DNA from: Chitinophagia bacterium
GTDB taxonomy: Bacteria; Bacteroidota; Bacteroidia; Chitinophagales; Chitinophagaceae
NCBI GenBank assembly: GCA_037131895.1
Contig: JBAXQE010000010.1
Location: 17,778-81,777, forward strand
Length of the DNA stretch: 64,000 nt
Direction of reading: 5' to 3'
The stretch's first letter is position 1. The number at the start of each line of letters is the position of its first letter. Below are positions 30,910-42,100 of the stretch, piece by piece. The notes under the pieces are model-generated. The model saw only the letters and a list, made by a program, of their open reading frames with translations. It was not told where the DNA came from and did no database searches. The translations under genes and the position numbers were made by a program.

Positions 30910-33360
30910 TTACCTTTTATCCTCTTTTTCTTCCTTTTCAAAGGGGGTAAAGAAGGCGGCTCTTCTAGGAGCGGGTACAGAAGCAGATGCTCCCTTCACA
31001 GCTTTCCAAATTACCTCGGTAAATAGGCGGTCGGGTATTCGATCTTCTTTAGAAAAATCGAATCGCTCACTCATTTGTTGCCAAACATTTTCTACCGAAT
31101 TTTTTTCGTTGATATTTACTTGCAAGGGTTTTTGCGCAAAGGGAGTTGAGTTGGCTGTTGAAGTAAAACATCGCCACATTGGTTCTGCTGCAGCATCGTA
31201 TTGGCTCATCGGTTCTAATCCAAGTATCAGTTCAATGGTTCTTAACATTGAAGAAGTGGTGTACATAGTATGATCAATAAAATGTCTTTTTACCAATCCA
31301 CCGGCAACATACGCAGTACTTCTGTGCGCATCCACATGGTCGGGCCCATCTTGGGCATCATCCTCTAAAATAAAAATGGCGCATTGATTCCATATTTTAC
31401 TTTTACTCAGGTATTCTACAAACATGCCAATTGCTAAATCATTATCGGCCACATGCGCAAATGGGGTTGGGCGACCTTTGCTCAGTCCTTCTGTATGATC
31501 ATTTATAATTCGTAGGGTACTTAGTCTAGGCACAGCATTTATCGCCAATAGTGAATCGAAATCTCTTTTCCATTGTCCTACACGGGTTGTATCCCGAACG
31601 CTTTGATCCCAACTGGTAAAATAAGGGCAAAAATGATCTTTTAGAACTGGAATATTGGGTTTGTAATCATCGGCAAATTCGCCATAAGTGCGATAACTTA
31701 TCCCTGCCCGTTTACAATAATCCCAGATAAATCCTTTTTTATTGTTGGCAATCGCCCGGTTCCCTTCGGCATCATAATCGCCCCCTCTTCCACCATAACT
31801 GGTTACCCAGGTTTTTTCAAGATAGTCATTCGAATAAGCACCCAAGCTCCAGTTATGCCCGTCTGCACTCACTTCTCCATCTACATAAAAATTATCCAAT
31901 AGTACAAATTCACGGGAAAGAGCGTGCTGATTCGGGGTAACTTTTTCGCCAAAAAGGCAAAGGCTGGTATCACCATTTCCTTCGGGCATATCTCCTAAAA
32001 CTTGATCGTAGGTTCGGTTTTCTTTTACAATATAAAATACATATTGAATAGGAGATGGGTTGCCCAGTTTCATGGGAATCGGATTGCCTGCTTCTCCAGA
32101 TGCCTGGGTTTCCTTGGTTTTATTATAGGGGGTATTTCGGTAAACCGCCTGAGTAAATATCTTTAACTGACTGGGTTGTGGAATAGGAATGATACTCAAT
32201 GTTCCTTTAAATAACCCGCCAATATATTGTACTTCCTTGGGTTGGGTGGTATCGCCTTTTTGAAATGAGAGTTGAATATTTGTGTTAACAGGATTAGGAC
32301 CATAAGGATTCGCACGCGAGGTAAATCCTTTTCCGTTTGCTACAAACAATTCTTTTCCCACTACCCGAACACAGGTAGGATACCATCCGGTAGGGATAAA
32401 GCCTTTAGAAATACTGCTGCCCAGCACACTAACATCATACACCGATAAACAATTGTTATCAGCATTCGCGATAAACAGGGTTTTGGCATCAGAACTCAGG
32501 GCAACACTATTGGTAGTTGAACCTCCGGGAGCATCCGGATATAGTGCCGTATTCAATGTTTCAATTACGGAATATTTTTTCAAATCGATTACCGATACAC
32601 TGTTGTCATTAGCATTTGCCACGTATAATATATTGCCATTGGGCGACAAGGTAATGTCGTTAGGATTACTGCCTACTGCTATCTGATGGGTTATACTTTT
32701 CGATTGTGTGTTGAATACAACAATGGATGCACTCCCCCAAGAACTAATGTATACTTCGTTTTTGATAGGTGAAACTACAATCGTGTAAGCTTCTGCAGGC
32801 AGAGATACTTTTTTTAAAATTTGTTGGGTAGATAAATCTATCAAATACAACGAATTGTTTTCTTTGGTTACGGCATATAAAATATTAGTACGATGGTCGA
32901 TGTTCATACCAGCAATTGATATTCTTTCGGGCCAAGACTTGCCAATTACGATGCTATCCGAAAAAACCAACTTGTTGTCTTTAACGGCATACCGAATAAT
33001 CCGATTATCATTGCCTCCAGAAACATATAAGTAGTCGTCGTTTTTGCTGAAACACAAGCCCAGCCAGGCTTTGGCAATTTCTATCGAATGTAGAACCTTT
33101 TTATTTTTTATATCAATTAACTGCAAGGTTTGGGTGCTTTGTCCATTATTCGTTACCGCCATATATTTTTTTGAGTGGGCAACTGCGAGGTTCAGTGGTA
33201 AGTCTCCTAATGGCAGGCTGCTTCCTACCGGAGTAAGGTTCCAACCATTGGGTAATCCAATCCTTTTTTCATTCAGTTCCTGAAGAGTTTGGGCATATAT
33301 CTGCACTGCTGATAGTAGCAAAATGATGAACGCGAATACTATTTTTTTCATAACTATCAT
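30910..33360 (-). CDS. Bifunctional YncE beta-propeller / alkaline-phosphatase-superfamily phosphoesterase
   Basis: YVTN repeats, GWYPT, then YIVKENRTYDQVLGD, EVSADGHNW, NDHT, EDDAQDGPDHVDAHRS. Confidence 0.92.
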   Translation of the reverse strand: MIVMKKIVFAFIILLLSAVQIYAQTLQELNEKRIGLPNGWNLTPVGSSLPLGDLPLNLAVAHSKKYMAVTNNGQSTQTLQLIDIKNKKVLHSIEIAKAWLGLCFSKNDDYLYVSGGNDNRIIRYAVKDNKLVFSDSIVIGKSWPERISIAGMNIDHRTNILYAVTKENNSLYLIDLSTQQILKKVSLPAEAYTIVVSPIKNEVYISSWGSASIVVFNTQSKSITHQIAVGSNPNDITLSPNGNILYVANANDNSVSVIDLKKYSVIETLNTALYPDAPGGSTTNSVALSSDAKTLFIANADNNCLSVYDVSVLGSSISKGFIPTGWYPTCVRVVGKELFVANGKGFTSRANPYGPNPVNTNIQLSFQKGDTTQPKEVQYIGGLFKGTLSIIPIPQPSQLKIFTQAVYRNTPYNKTKETQASGEAGNPIPMKLGNPSPIQYVFYIVKENRTYDQVLGDMPEGNGDTSLCLFGEKVTPNQHALSREFVLLDNFYVDGEVSADGHNWSLGAYSNDYLEKTWVTSYGGRGGDYDAEGNRAIANNKKGFIWDYCKRAGISYRTYGEFADDYKPNIPVLKDHFCPYFTSWDQSVRDTTRVGQWKRDFDSLLAINAVPRLSTLRIINDHTEGLSKGRPTPFAHVADNDLAIGMFVEYLSKSKIWNQCAIFILEDDAQDGPDHVDAHRSTAYVAGGLVKRHFIDHTMYTTSSMLRTIELILGLEPMSQYDAAAEPMWRCFTSTANSTPFAQKPLQVNINEKNSVENVWQQMSERFDFSKEDRIPDRLFTEVIWKAVKGASASVPAPRRAAFFTPFEKEEKEDKR

Positions 33361-33364
33361 ATAA

Positions 33365-34492
33365 TTATAAAGTAGATACTACTTCTTCTGCAAAACCGAA
33401 CGAAAGGGTCATACCTGCACCACCCAATCCATTGATTATATAAACTCCCGGCTCGGGTTGTAAAAACAAATCCGTTTCTCCGTTGGTCATTTTAGGATAC
33501 ACTCCATTCCAGGTCTGAATCAATTGCCATTGCTTCGAGTGCATAAAAGTTTGCAAATAATCTAGAATCAGTTGGTTGATGTGCGCACTGTCGAATGGTT
33601 CAAACGTTTTTGCATACTCATGCGAATCGCCCACCGTAAGCTCACCACGATTGTTTTGAGAAACCATCACATGAATGCCAGCGTTTAGGTATTCGGCCAT
33701 TTCCATTTCATAACGTTGTTTTAGTTTTGGAAGGGAAGCGGCTGCTGTAAAACTTTTATAATGAATGAGTGAAAGGCCACCACATACCGAAGTGCCAATG
33801 GTATAACCAGGTTGTTCCGAAACAAACCGAAGCATTTGTAGTTTACATTTCGTTATGGGTAGTTCATTGAAGATTTCAGGAAAAAGGGTTTCAAAATCGG
33901 CTCCATTACATATACAAACAATATCTGCTTTAAATATTTCCTTTCCTGTGCGAACAGAATGGCTGGTTACTTCATTCACTTGCTTACCCCAAATAAATTG
34001 AACGCCTAAAAATTCTTCCAAATAGGCAGCTGCAGTTGCAATGGCTTCCCTAGGATCTACAATCATTTCTGTGGAACTGTACAGTCCTCCCAATAAGCCT
34101 TCCGTTTGTAATCCAGAAAATTTTTGTTGCATTTCGCTTATATTTAATAAAGAAACTGGCCTGTTTTCTTTACCAAATTCGGCTGCTAATTCCTGTAATA
34201 CTTGCCATTCATCGGCATGATACGCGGTATGTAAACTGCCATTTTCTAGATAGGGAAGTCCGGTACTATCTGCTACTTCTTTCCAAATTTGTTTCGATCG
34301 AATTGCACGCTGATACATCTTTCCTGCGGTTTGTCCAATAGGCCAGAGCATCCCAAAATTTCGGATAGAAGCACCTACGGCTTTATCGGTTCTTTCGATA
34401 ACCGTAACTGCATATCCTTTTAAAGACAAGGCACGGGCAGTTGCCAAGCCAACAATTCCGGCTCCAATTACAATTGCTTTAGTTGACTGCAT
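33365..34492 (-). CDS. TIGR03364-family FAD-dependent oxidoreductase (phosphonate-catabolism associated)
   Basis: VIGAGIVGLATA, GASIRNFG, VDPREA, CKLQML, VGDSHEY, GLGGAGMTLSFG. Confidence 0.9.
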   Translation of the reverse strand: MQSTKAIVIGAGIVGLATARALSLKGYAVTVIERTDKAVGASIRNFGMLWPIGQTAGKMYQRAIRSKQIWKEVADSTGLPYLENGSLHTAYHADEWQVLQELAAEFGKENRPVSLLNISEMQQKFSGLQTEGLLGGLYSSTEMIVDPREAIATAAAYLEEFLGVQFIWGKQVNEVTSHSVRTGKEIFKADIVCICNGADFETLFPEIFNELPITKCKLQMLRFVSEQPGYTIGTSVCGGLSLIHYKSFTAAASLPKLKQRYEMEMAEYLNAGIHVMVSQNNRGELTVGDSHEYAKTFEPFDSAHINQLILDYLQTFMHSKQWQLIQTWNGVYPKMTNGETDLFLQPEPGVYIINGLGGAGMTLSFGFAEEVVSTL

Positions 34493-35777
34493 ACTGTTGA
34501 TTTTTAGGAATTAGGTTCAATTTTTTTTTAAAATAAATTAGGGCAGCTATAGTAGCGCATATTCCAATAACTGAAAAAATAATCACTCCATTACTATACA
34601 GGTAAGTCCAGCTATTCGTATTTTTCATAAAGGTTTTTGCAATAATAATAACAACACTGCCCAAATAGCCAAATGAATCTGCTAGGTACATCAGAAATCC
34701 GATATTACCGGGCTGACGAAAAGCTGCAATCAGTCGTTCGAATAAGAGGCAATTGAAGGGGATGTATCCCATATACAAACCCAAACCTACCAAAGTCATC
34801 CACGGGATGGGATTCAGCAAATGCATCACAAAAAGCATTGAACTGATACCGGCAATCAGAAAGCCAACGATAATTAAATAGTGCGTAAGTATAAAAGCGC
34901 GGGTATTGTTTTTGATCAACATCATGCTGCCCATTAATACCAACACCATGAGGGTAATGGGTATTTCTGTTTTTGAAAAAACGGATGGCAGAGAACCATA
35001 TCCCAGTGTTTTCCAAATATCAGCGGCAAAGTTGTCGCGAATATCTCGGAAAATGGTGAGTACGATGTACACAAAAATAAGCAGTACTAGGCCGGCAGCA
35101 TATTTCCCAAAAAAAACTTTTCTTTCCTGCTTATTCATGGGGGATCTTTCAACCCTTAATAGCCTATCTTCTTCGGAGGGGGGAGGGATTTTTTCGAGTA
35201 GCTTAACGAAACAAATCAGGGGGATAATAAACAGCGCTCCTGTGGCAAAAGGTATCCATTTTTCTGAAATTGGAAAAGTTATCCAAAGCCATTTAGCTAC
35301 TGTTTTTACAAAACCAGAAGAAAATATAAAGCTAACAGCCAGGGCAGCTCCAATAAAATCGGTAGCTTTTCTGCCTTCAATATAAGAAAATAAAATACCC
35401 CAGATAATACCTAGCGGAAAGCCATTCAAAAAAAGGAATACAATATTCCAGGGTGCTGGAGTAATGCCAAATAGTAAGAGGGCTATCCAGGAAATTGTAA
35501 CCAATAAAATAATTAAATTGCCCCTGCCGAATTTTCCCAACTCAGCGATAAAGCGGATACCATAGAATTTGCTGATCATGTATCCAAGGGCTTGTGCAAT
35601 AACCAAAGCATCTTTATAAGGTATTCCAAATACATGGCCTTCCTGTTCAAAAGTACCTACTGTAAATGGTTTTCTGAAGGCATACACAGAGGCATAGGTA
35701 AGAAAAGATAATAGGGCGGCATACAATGCAACTCGAGTGGTTGGTTTAGGTAAGTAAGCATTGAGCGTTTCCTTCAT
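34479..35777 (-). CDS. DUF5690-family MFS-like transporter
   Basis: YASVYAFRKPF, GYMISKFYGI, NGFPLG..WG, RDIRDNF, LGLYMGYIPFN..FERL, GFLMYLADSFGYLG; about 12 TM. Confidence 0.85.
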   Translation of the reverse strand: MKETLNAYLPKPTTRVALYAALLSFLTYASVYAFRKPFTVGTFEQEGHVFGIPYKDALVIAQALGYMISKFYGIRFIAELGKFGRGNLIILLVTISWIALLLFGITPAPWNIVFLFLNGFPLGIIWGILFSYIEGRKATDFIGAALAVSFIFSSGFVKTVAKWLWITFPISEKWIPFATGALFIIPLICFVKLLEKIPPPSEEDRLLRVERSPMNKQERKVFFGKYAAGLVLLIFVYIVLTIFRDIRDNFAADIWKTLGYGSLPSVFSKTEIPITLMVLVLMGSMMLIKNNTRAFILTHYLIIVGFLIAGISSMLFVMHLLNPIPWMTLVGLGLYMGYIPFNCLLFERLIAAFRQPGNIGFLMYLADSFGYLGSVVIIIAKTFMKNTNSWTYLYSNGVIIFSVIGICATIAALIYFKKKLNLIPKNQQYAVN

Positions 35778-36352
35778 TAATCTTGGTTTTCCAAGTGTTG
35801 AATGATGCGATTTTCGAAGGGAAGAAGTGCAGGAACCGGAATATCATTTACTTTGGCTTGCTCGTCCCATTTTCTTAATGCTATGTATATCTCCCAATTG
35901 GGATCTGATTCAAATTCTTTGGCTTCCATTTCCGACATAACGCCTCCTTGTAGAATAAGTGTTTGTTTACTCGCATCTGAAAGTTGCTGAAAGTAGTCAG
36001 GAAATCTATAGGTAAGGTATCTTTTGGCAGCCACATGTGAAGCAACCATCTTAACCAGTCTTTCTGAAAATCCCAAGTCTTTTAAATAAGCTGCCCCAAT
36101 TTTTTCATGCGCGTGTACACCATATCCCTCCATCGATTTTGTAGGGAGTATGTGTTCACATAAATGACCTATATCATGTAAAAAAGCAGCCAAAATTACT
36201 TCTTCATCGTATCCTTGATCAATGGCCAATTGGGCAGATTGGCACATGTGTTCAATTTGAGAAACATTTTCACCAATATAATCTTCTTTGCCAAATTGTT
36301 CAAATAATGAAATGATCGTTCTTGCGTGCTCTTTAGCTAAATCTGTATTCAT
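35777..36352 (-). CDS. phnZ: PhnZ-type HD-domain phosphonate dioxygenase
   Basis: VSQIEHMCQSA, AAFLHDIGHL, HEKIGA, SHVAAKRYL, LSDASKQTLILQGG.M, LRKWDEQAK. Confidence 0.88.
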   Translation of the reverse strand: MNTDLAKEHARTIISLFEQFGKEDYIGENVSQIEHMCQSAQLAIDQGYDEEVILAAFLHDIGHLCEHILPTKSMEGYGVHAHEKIGAAYLKDLGFSERLVKMVASHVAAKRYLTYRFPDYFQQLSDASKQTLILQGGVMSEMEAKEFESDPNWEIYIALRKWDEQAKVNDIPVPALLPFENRIIQHLENQD

Positions 36353-37450
36353 TTATTTGTTTTTTATTATAGATTCGATTGGATCGGCAACTGGATGATT
36401 GGCTGTAAAATTCAGGCCCAGTAATTTTGCGAAAGTAGCAGCCAGTTGTTTTTGATAAAGCTGGATAGCATCTTTTCTTTCTCCGGCAGGTGCAGTATCT
36501 GGCCCCATAATGGCAACCCAAATTTCGCCCGCTTCTGGAATATTTGCACCATGGTTTCTCCAGTTTTCTTTTATCAAATCTCCTCTTCCATGATCGCAAG
36601 TTACAATTAACGTTGTTTTTCCTTTATAGCCAGGTTCTGATTGTACCCAATTCCATAAATCGGCTATCATCTGATCTTGTGCGCCAGCACTCAGTAAATA
36701 TTGATTGTATTGACCTCCATGCGCAAAATCATCGGTTTCGTCAAATGCTATATAAAGTACGCTGGGTCTCTTGGTTTTTAAATATTCTTTTGCAGCAAGA
36801 TACGTAATAACGTCTGGACGAACCCCTATTGGGCGCGGACTTAATCGCTGAAAATCGTTCAGTAATTGAAAATTGTTTACCGAAGAACTAAGTGTGTCGT
36901 GGTCGGAATTTACATATAGTCCACTTCTCTCTTTGTTTAAAATATACGGAAAAACATCCCAGGTAGTAAATGCAGCAACTTTATTATTAAATGCTGGTTG
37001 TTGATGGATAAATTCCAGCACATTGGTATTTTTATTCAGTATTTTATTGTTGGAGTTAACCAATGTATCAGGGTATCCGGTAAAAATTTCATTGTAACCC
37101 GGATAGGAAAACTTGTAAGGATTCGCATTATTAACTTTATTTCCAAAGTTTCTGTTTCCTAGTAACTGACCATTATTGGCCATGGTTGACCATAAGAATG
37201 GAAAAATCTTTTTTCTTCTGATGGTTGGGTCCTCATTCCAATATTTTGCAAATGCCGATAAACTATCTTGTGTAAATCTTTTGTTGGATAAAAGAGCCTT
37301 ATCCGCCCCAGTGAACACTTCCTGCCAACGCATTCCATCTAAAGTTACGATAATCAAGTTTTCAGTTTGTTGCTGGGCAGTTGCATGAATGCTAAAAAAG
37401 CTTGTATGTAACCCGAAAAATAGTAATAAAACTTTTACAGATTTTTTCAT
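36353..37450 (-). CDS. Secreted alkaline-phosphatase-superfamily protein
   Basis: Signal peptide; IIVTLDGMRWQE, FSYPGYNE (putative Ser nucleophile), DETDDFAH, VTCDHGRG, WRNHG. Confidence 0.88.
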   Translation of the reverse strand: MKKSVKVLLLFFGLHTSFFSIHATAQQQTENLIIVTLDGMRWQEVFTGADKALLSNKRFTQDSLSAFAKYWNEDPTIRRKKIFPFLWSTMANNGQLLGNRNFGNKVNNANPYKFSYPGYNEIFTGYPDTLVNSNNKILNKNTNVLEFIHQQPAFNNKVAAFTTWDVFPYILNKERSGLYVNSDHDTLSSSVNNFQLLNDFQRLSPRPIGVRPDVITYLAAKEYLKTKRPSVLYIAFDETDDFAHGGQYNQYLLSAGAQDQMIADLWNWVQSEPGYKGKTTLIVTCDHGRGDLIKENWRNHGANIPEAGEIWVAIMGPDTAPAGERKDAIQLYQKQLAATFAKLLGLNFTANHPVADPIESIIKNK

Positions 37451-37464
37451 GTAATTTCTTATAA

Positions 37465-37500
37465 GAAAGAAACGAGGTAATTAATTACCTCGTTTCTTTC
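37465..37500. terminator. Perfect 36-bp palindrome between susD and the downstream enzyme genes (stabiliser or partial terminator)
   Basis: gaaagaaacgaggtaattaattacctcgtttctttc is its own reverse complement. Confidence 0.75.
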
Positions 37501-37535
37501 CTGATTTTATTTAATGTAATTTATATGCTATTCCA

Positions 37536-39110
37536 TTATTGAAGAATCCACATAATCTGAAATATACCATCAGTTCCTGTGTATTGACTTTGTACAGCTG
37601 CTTTTACATTAGCAGAATTGGTAGAATATTCTGAAGATGGATATTGAAAGCGAAGAGGAATCGCATTTCCGTTTCCTACCCCAGCACCTGTTGAGAAAGT
37701 TGGAATCCCCGTTCTTCTCCATTGGTAATAGCCTTCATAACCTGAATTACGTGCTAGAGATAAATACCTTTGGGTAAGAATTTTTGTCAAATCATTCGCA
37801 TCGCCCAACAACTTTACGGAGTTTTGGTTAAAATAATCCGCATAATTAAAAGTGATATTATAATTAACATAGTCGCCTGGGGCTGTTCCTTTTAAGAAAG
37901 AAACTGTGTTTGCACCATCATTTACACCATAAAAAGCAAACATGGCTTTTATTCCATTTTGATACCATGTATTGGCAGTTCCCGTAACCCAACCACGATT
38001 TATTGCTTCGGCTATATTCAAACACATTTCAGGGTATCCAACAATGAATGTGTTTTCTCCAGTAAAACCATCGTAATATCTTTTACGACCAATTGGGGAA
38101 ATGGTAAAAGCATTGATTTGCCCTCCTAAAGTACTCATGTCAGCTCCATTTGCTCCACCAACAAAAGACTTATAAGAAGTATCAGGAAATCCTAAACCAC
38201 GTGCCGGATCGGCTACTTTCATAGCTCTTAAATCATTTAAACTAGAAAGGGTATTTAACCATGTAGCTGCTACACATAAACGAGTTGCATCATTTCCATA
38301 ATTACCTTTATTGTTTGGGTAGTAATTATAAGTTGAGTTATAAACATATTCCCAATTGTCCGATAATGAAGTCATTATTGGATATTTTGAAGGGTTGTTC
38401 ACAACATCTGCAAACTTTTGTTTGATATTTAAATCAGCATCAGCAGATTTTTTACTTAAGTTAATCAAAATACGTAATTTAAAAGTATTCACTACTTTTT
38501 GCCATTGCTTCAAAGATGTTAAAGCATCTTTTGGATCTGAAATTCTTTCTTTATAATAAAAGTCTCCTAACAGTGCATTATTTGAACTGCTGATAAGTGA
38601 AGCCAACTGAGTATTTGCATCTTCTAATAACTGTAAACACTGAACAAAAATTTGTTTTTGGTTATCGTATTTAGGAGTAGGATTGCTAGTACCCTGTAAA
38701 GCTTCAGACATTGGCAAATCTCCCACTTTCATCGTCATATTGTAGAAAATATATGCTTTAAACAACTTGGCTAAAGCTGAATAAGGATTAGAAGCTCCTG
38801 ATGCCTTTACTGCTTCTTTTTCCATTGCATTTATGTCGTTCAATACGTTGTATTGAAGTGATGCACTTCCCGACCAATATTGGTTGTCTCCATAGTAGGT
38901 ATAGGTAGATAAAGTGTATTGCGATCTTTTGTCTTCATCACCCCCAGGGAATACTACTAAATTGTTCTCAATGTTACGTAACAATAAATAGGCCGGAACG
39001 GTAGTCGGCTGGTTATTGTTTACAGCGTAATTGTCAAATGTTTTTGAGCAACTACTTGCAATCATTACTATTACTAATAATAAAGCTGTAATTATATTTG
39101 TCTTTTTCAT
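37536..39110 (-). CDS. susD: SusD/RagB-family nutrient-binding lipoprotein
   Basis: Lipobox ASS-C; GDLPMSEALQG..PKYDNQ; W.K..N..KLR; RRTGIP, IPLRFQYP. Confidence 0.93.
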   Translation of the reverse strand: MKKTNIITALLLVIVMIASSCSKTFDNYAVNNNQPTTVPAYLLLRNIENNLVVFPGGDEDKRSQYTLSTYTYYGDNQYWSGSASLQYNVLNDINAMEKEAVKASGASNPYSALAKLFKAYIFYNMTMKVGDLPMSEALQGTSNPTPKYDNQKQIFVQCLQLLEDANTQLASLISSSNNALLGDFYYKERISDPKDALTSLKQWQKVVNTFKLRILINLSKKSADADLNIKQKFADVVNNPSKYPIMTSLSDNWEYVYNSTYNYYPNNKGNYGNDATRLCVAATWLNTLSSLNDLRAMKVADPARGLGFPDTSYKSFVGGANGADMSTLGGQINAFTISPIGRKRYYDGFTGENTFIVGYPEMCLNIAEAINRGWVTGTANTWYQNGIKAMFAFYGVNDGANTVSFLKGTAPGDYVNYNITFNYADYFNQNSVKLLGDANDLTKILTQRYLSLARNSGYEGYYQWRRTGIPTFSTGAGVGNGNAIPLRFQYPSSEYSTNSANVKAAVQSQYTGTDGIFQIMWILQ

Positions 39111-39147
39111 AAATTGTTTTTTTGTGTTTTCAGTAAGAATGATTCAA

Positions 39148-42100
39148 TTAGAAAACAAAATTTACATTAAACCCATAACTGCGTGTTGTAGGCGTTTGAA
39201 GATCGTATTCTCTGCTATTTCCGCTGTTGTAATTCCGACCTGAATATTGGTCAACATCCATATCTTTAAAACGACTAGGGAAGAAATATAATAGGTTACG
39301 ACCAACAAGGGAAACATCAATTTTGGATATAAATGTCTTCTTGCCTAAAAACTTAGTAGGTACTGAATATGTAATTACTACCTCTCTCAGTTTTGCATAT
39401 GTTTTTTTAACAGAAGTATGTTCAAAATCATTAAAGAAACTACTTACATAGTCTTGAATATAATTAACTACACCTGTATTATTTACATATTTTAAGGCAC
39501 CAGCATTGGTAATTACACCAGTAATTGGATCATAGGTAATTGCAGGGCTGCCCGCAGCCAATTGAACTCCTTCTCCAACATAGGTACCCTTAAAGCCCGG
39601 TACAGCAGAGAAACTGTTTGTAGCAGCATTATATACTACATTTTTTGCTTCAATTGCTCTTGCTGCTCCTACAGCGCCTTCAACAGTAGATATATTCGAT
39701 CCACCCTCTATACCTTTACGCATAACTCTATCCTGAACCATTCCACCAACTTTGCCATCAAATTGGAAAGAGAAGCTAAATTGTTTATAATAAAACTTGT
39801 TATAAATCGACCAAGACCAATCTACATCTGCATTACCAACGTACTGGGCTTTGGGTAAATAGATTGGATAACCAGCACTATTGTTTATTACTTGGCCATC
39901 AGTTGTTTTTGCAGTAACACCAGCATATAATTTATCTACTCGATCACCCTGTTGGAATTGGTAATTGGCGAAGTTTGCAGGCAAATCTTTATAAGTCTCT
40001 TTATAAGTAGACCAGTTTAGAATCACATCCCAGTTTAAACCTTGGGCATTTTTCAAAGGAGATCCGTTTACTGTTATTTCAGCACCCTTCACCTGGGTTT
40101 TAATAGCATTAGTTGTAAAACCACTTAAACCGGTTGTTTGAGATAAGGGATAATTTCTAATACCAGGACCAATTATATTGTTAAATAATGTTACGGAAGC
40201 ACCTAAACGATTTTTTATAAACCGAACGTCAAATCCATATTCTAAACTGCTGGTTTCAGATGATTTTATATTAGGATCTAGAACGGTTGAAGGGGCACTT
40301 GCTCCAGATTGTCCATTATATACAGTTCCAATAGAATAAGCTGGATTTGCTAAAGAATAAGAAGGACCTCCATAGGCAGAAACATAAGGTGATCCATAAC
40401 CTATAGGATAACCAGCTGGTCCGATGTAAGGAGAAGTACTAGGTGCTTTTGCTTGTGCATAAGAAGCTCTAACCTTCAAAAAGCTGATTGATGAAGGTAA
40501 TTTTAAATAATCTGATAATACACTAGCTCCTGAAAATGATGGATAGAAATAGGTATTATTATTTAACAACAAAGTAGAATTTTTGTCTGCACGTCCGGTG
40601 GCAGTTAAAGAAAAATATTTATTAAAATCTACATTAATTGAATAATAAGCACTCAATACCAACATTTTTGAATTGAAATTGTAGGCTCTAACAGGATTTA
40701 ATGAATTAGAAAATGAATATAAGCCCGGTACGTTCAGATAATCGGTAGTTACAAAGCTTGATCTATATTCAAAATTTCTTGCATTAACACCTCCTAAAAC
40801 ATCATAGGTAATCCCACCTTTCAACTTGTTATTATATTTTACAAATGCCTCAACGTTATTATCGAATAAAGAACGTTGATCTTCTCTGTAATCACCTCTA
40901 TTCAACTCCCTTCCATAAGGATGCGCTGAGTATGGCATTTTTTCAGTTCTTAAAACGTCATTTGTTGACAAATTGGTTCTTAAAGTGGCTTCTAAATGCT
41001 TATTGGGAGTATAAGTTAATGAAACGTTACCAGTGATATCATTTTTGGTATGTCCTCTTAACCATTCATAACTTACAAAATAAGGATTGTGGTACCGCTG
41101 ATATTCGGCGAAAATTGATTGAACACCTTCTTTACCTGGCTGCCAATAATTTTTCATATCATCAATATTCCAATCCGCACCTGTCCAAACAGTAACAGTA
41201 TAGATAACGCTGTTTGGTCCATAAACTACATCAGGAATGTTAGGAGAGAATTGGCGATTGTAATTTAAGGTACCTTCAATTTTCAACTTGCTGCTTAAAT
41301 TATAGCTAGCATTAATATTGAAATTAATGGTATTTAATTTGGTATTCGGAATGATACCTTTTTGGTTCGTGTGGGTTAACGACATACGGATACTTGAACG
41401 ATCCGTTGCAGATGAAAAACTAAGATTATTTGTGGTTAATAAACCTGGACGAATAAAGCGCTTTAAATTGTCAACGCCTCTAGCGACATAAGGAGTTGCT
41501 TTTCTAACTCCAGTTACAGGGTCAATTGGACTATCATACTGAGGAATTAATTGCCCATTTAAGGCAGGTCCCCAAACATCATAATCTCCATCATTTAATC
41601 CACCTCCCTTTCCATCTCCAAAAATATAAGTAGAGTAATCACCCCCTCCATATAAAGCTTGTGTTTTTGGAAGAGCAATAAATCCTTTGTTTACTTGCGT
41701 GCTAGAATTAAACTCAATGGTATAGCCCTTGTCATTTTTTTTACCTCTTTTGGTAGTAATTAGAATGGCTCCATTCTGAGCACGGCTTCCATAAATAGCA
41801 GTTGCTGCAAGACCTTTCAATATGGTATAGGATTCAATATCATCTGGACTAAGATTCCAAGTATCCGATGTAATGGGTATACCATCTACTACATATAAAC
41901 TAATGTTATATCCACGAAATGACACATTTGGAGAAGCTAGCATCTCTTGGTTGATAGCAACATCAAGACCAGCAACTTTACCTACTAAGCTGTTTACTGG
42001 ATTTACTTCTCTTGCTTTTACTAAATCAGATCCTTTCACCTCTTGAACTGAATACCCCAATTTCTTGGTTTCTTTTTTTACTCCTAATGAAGTTACTACA

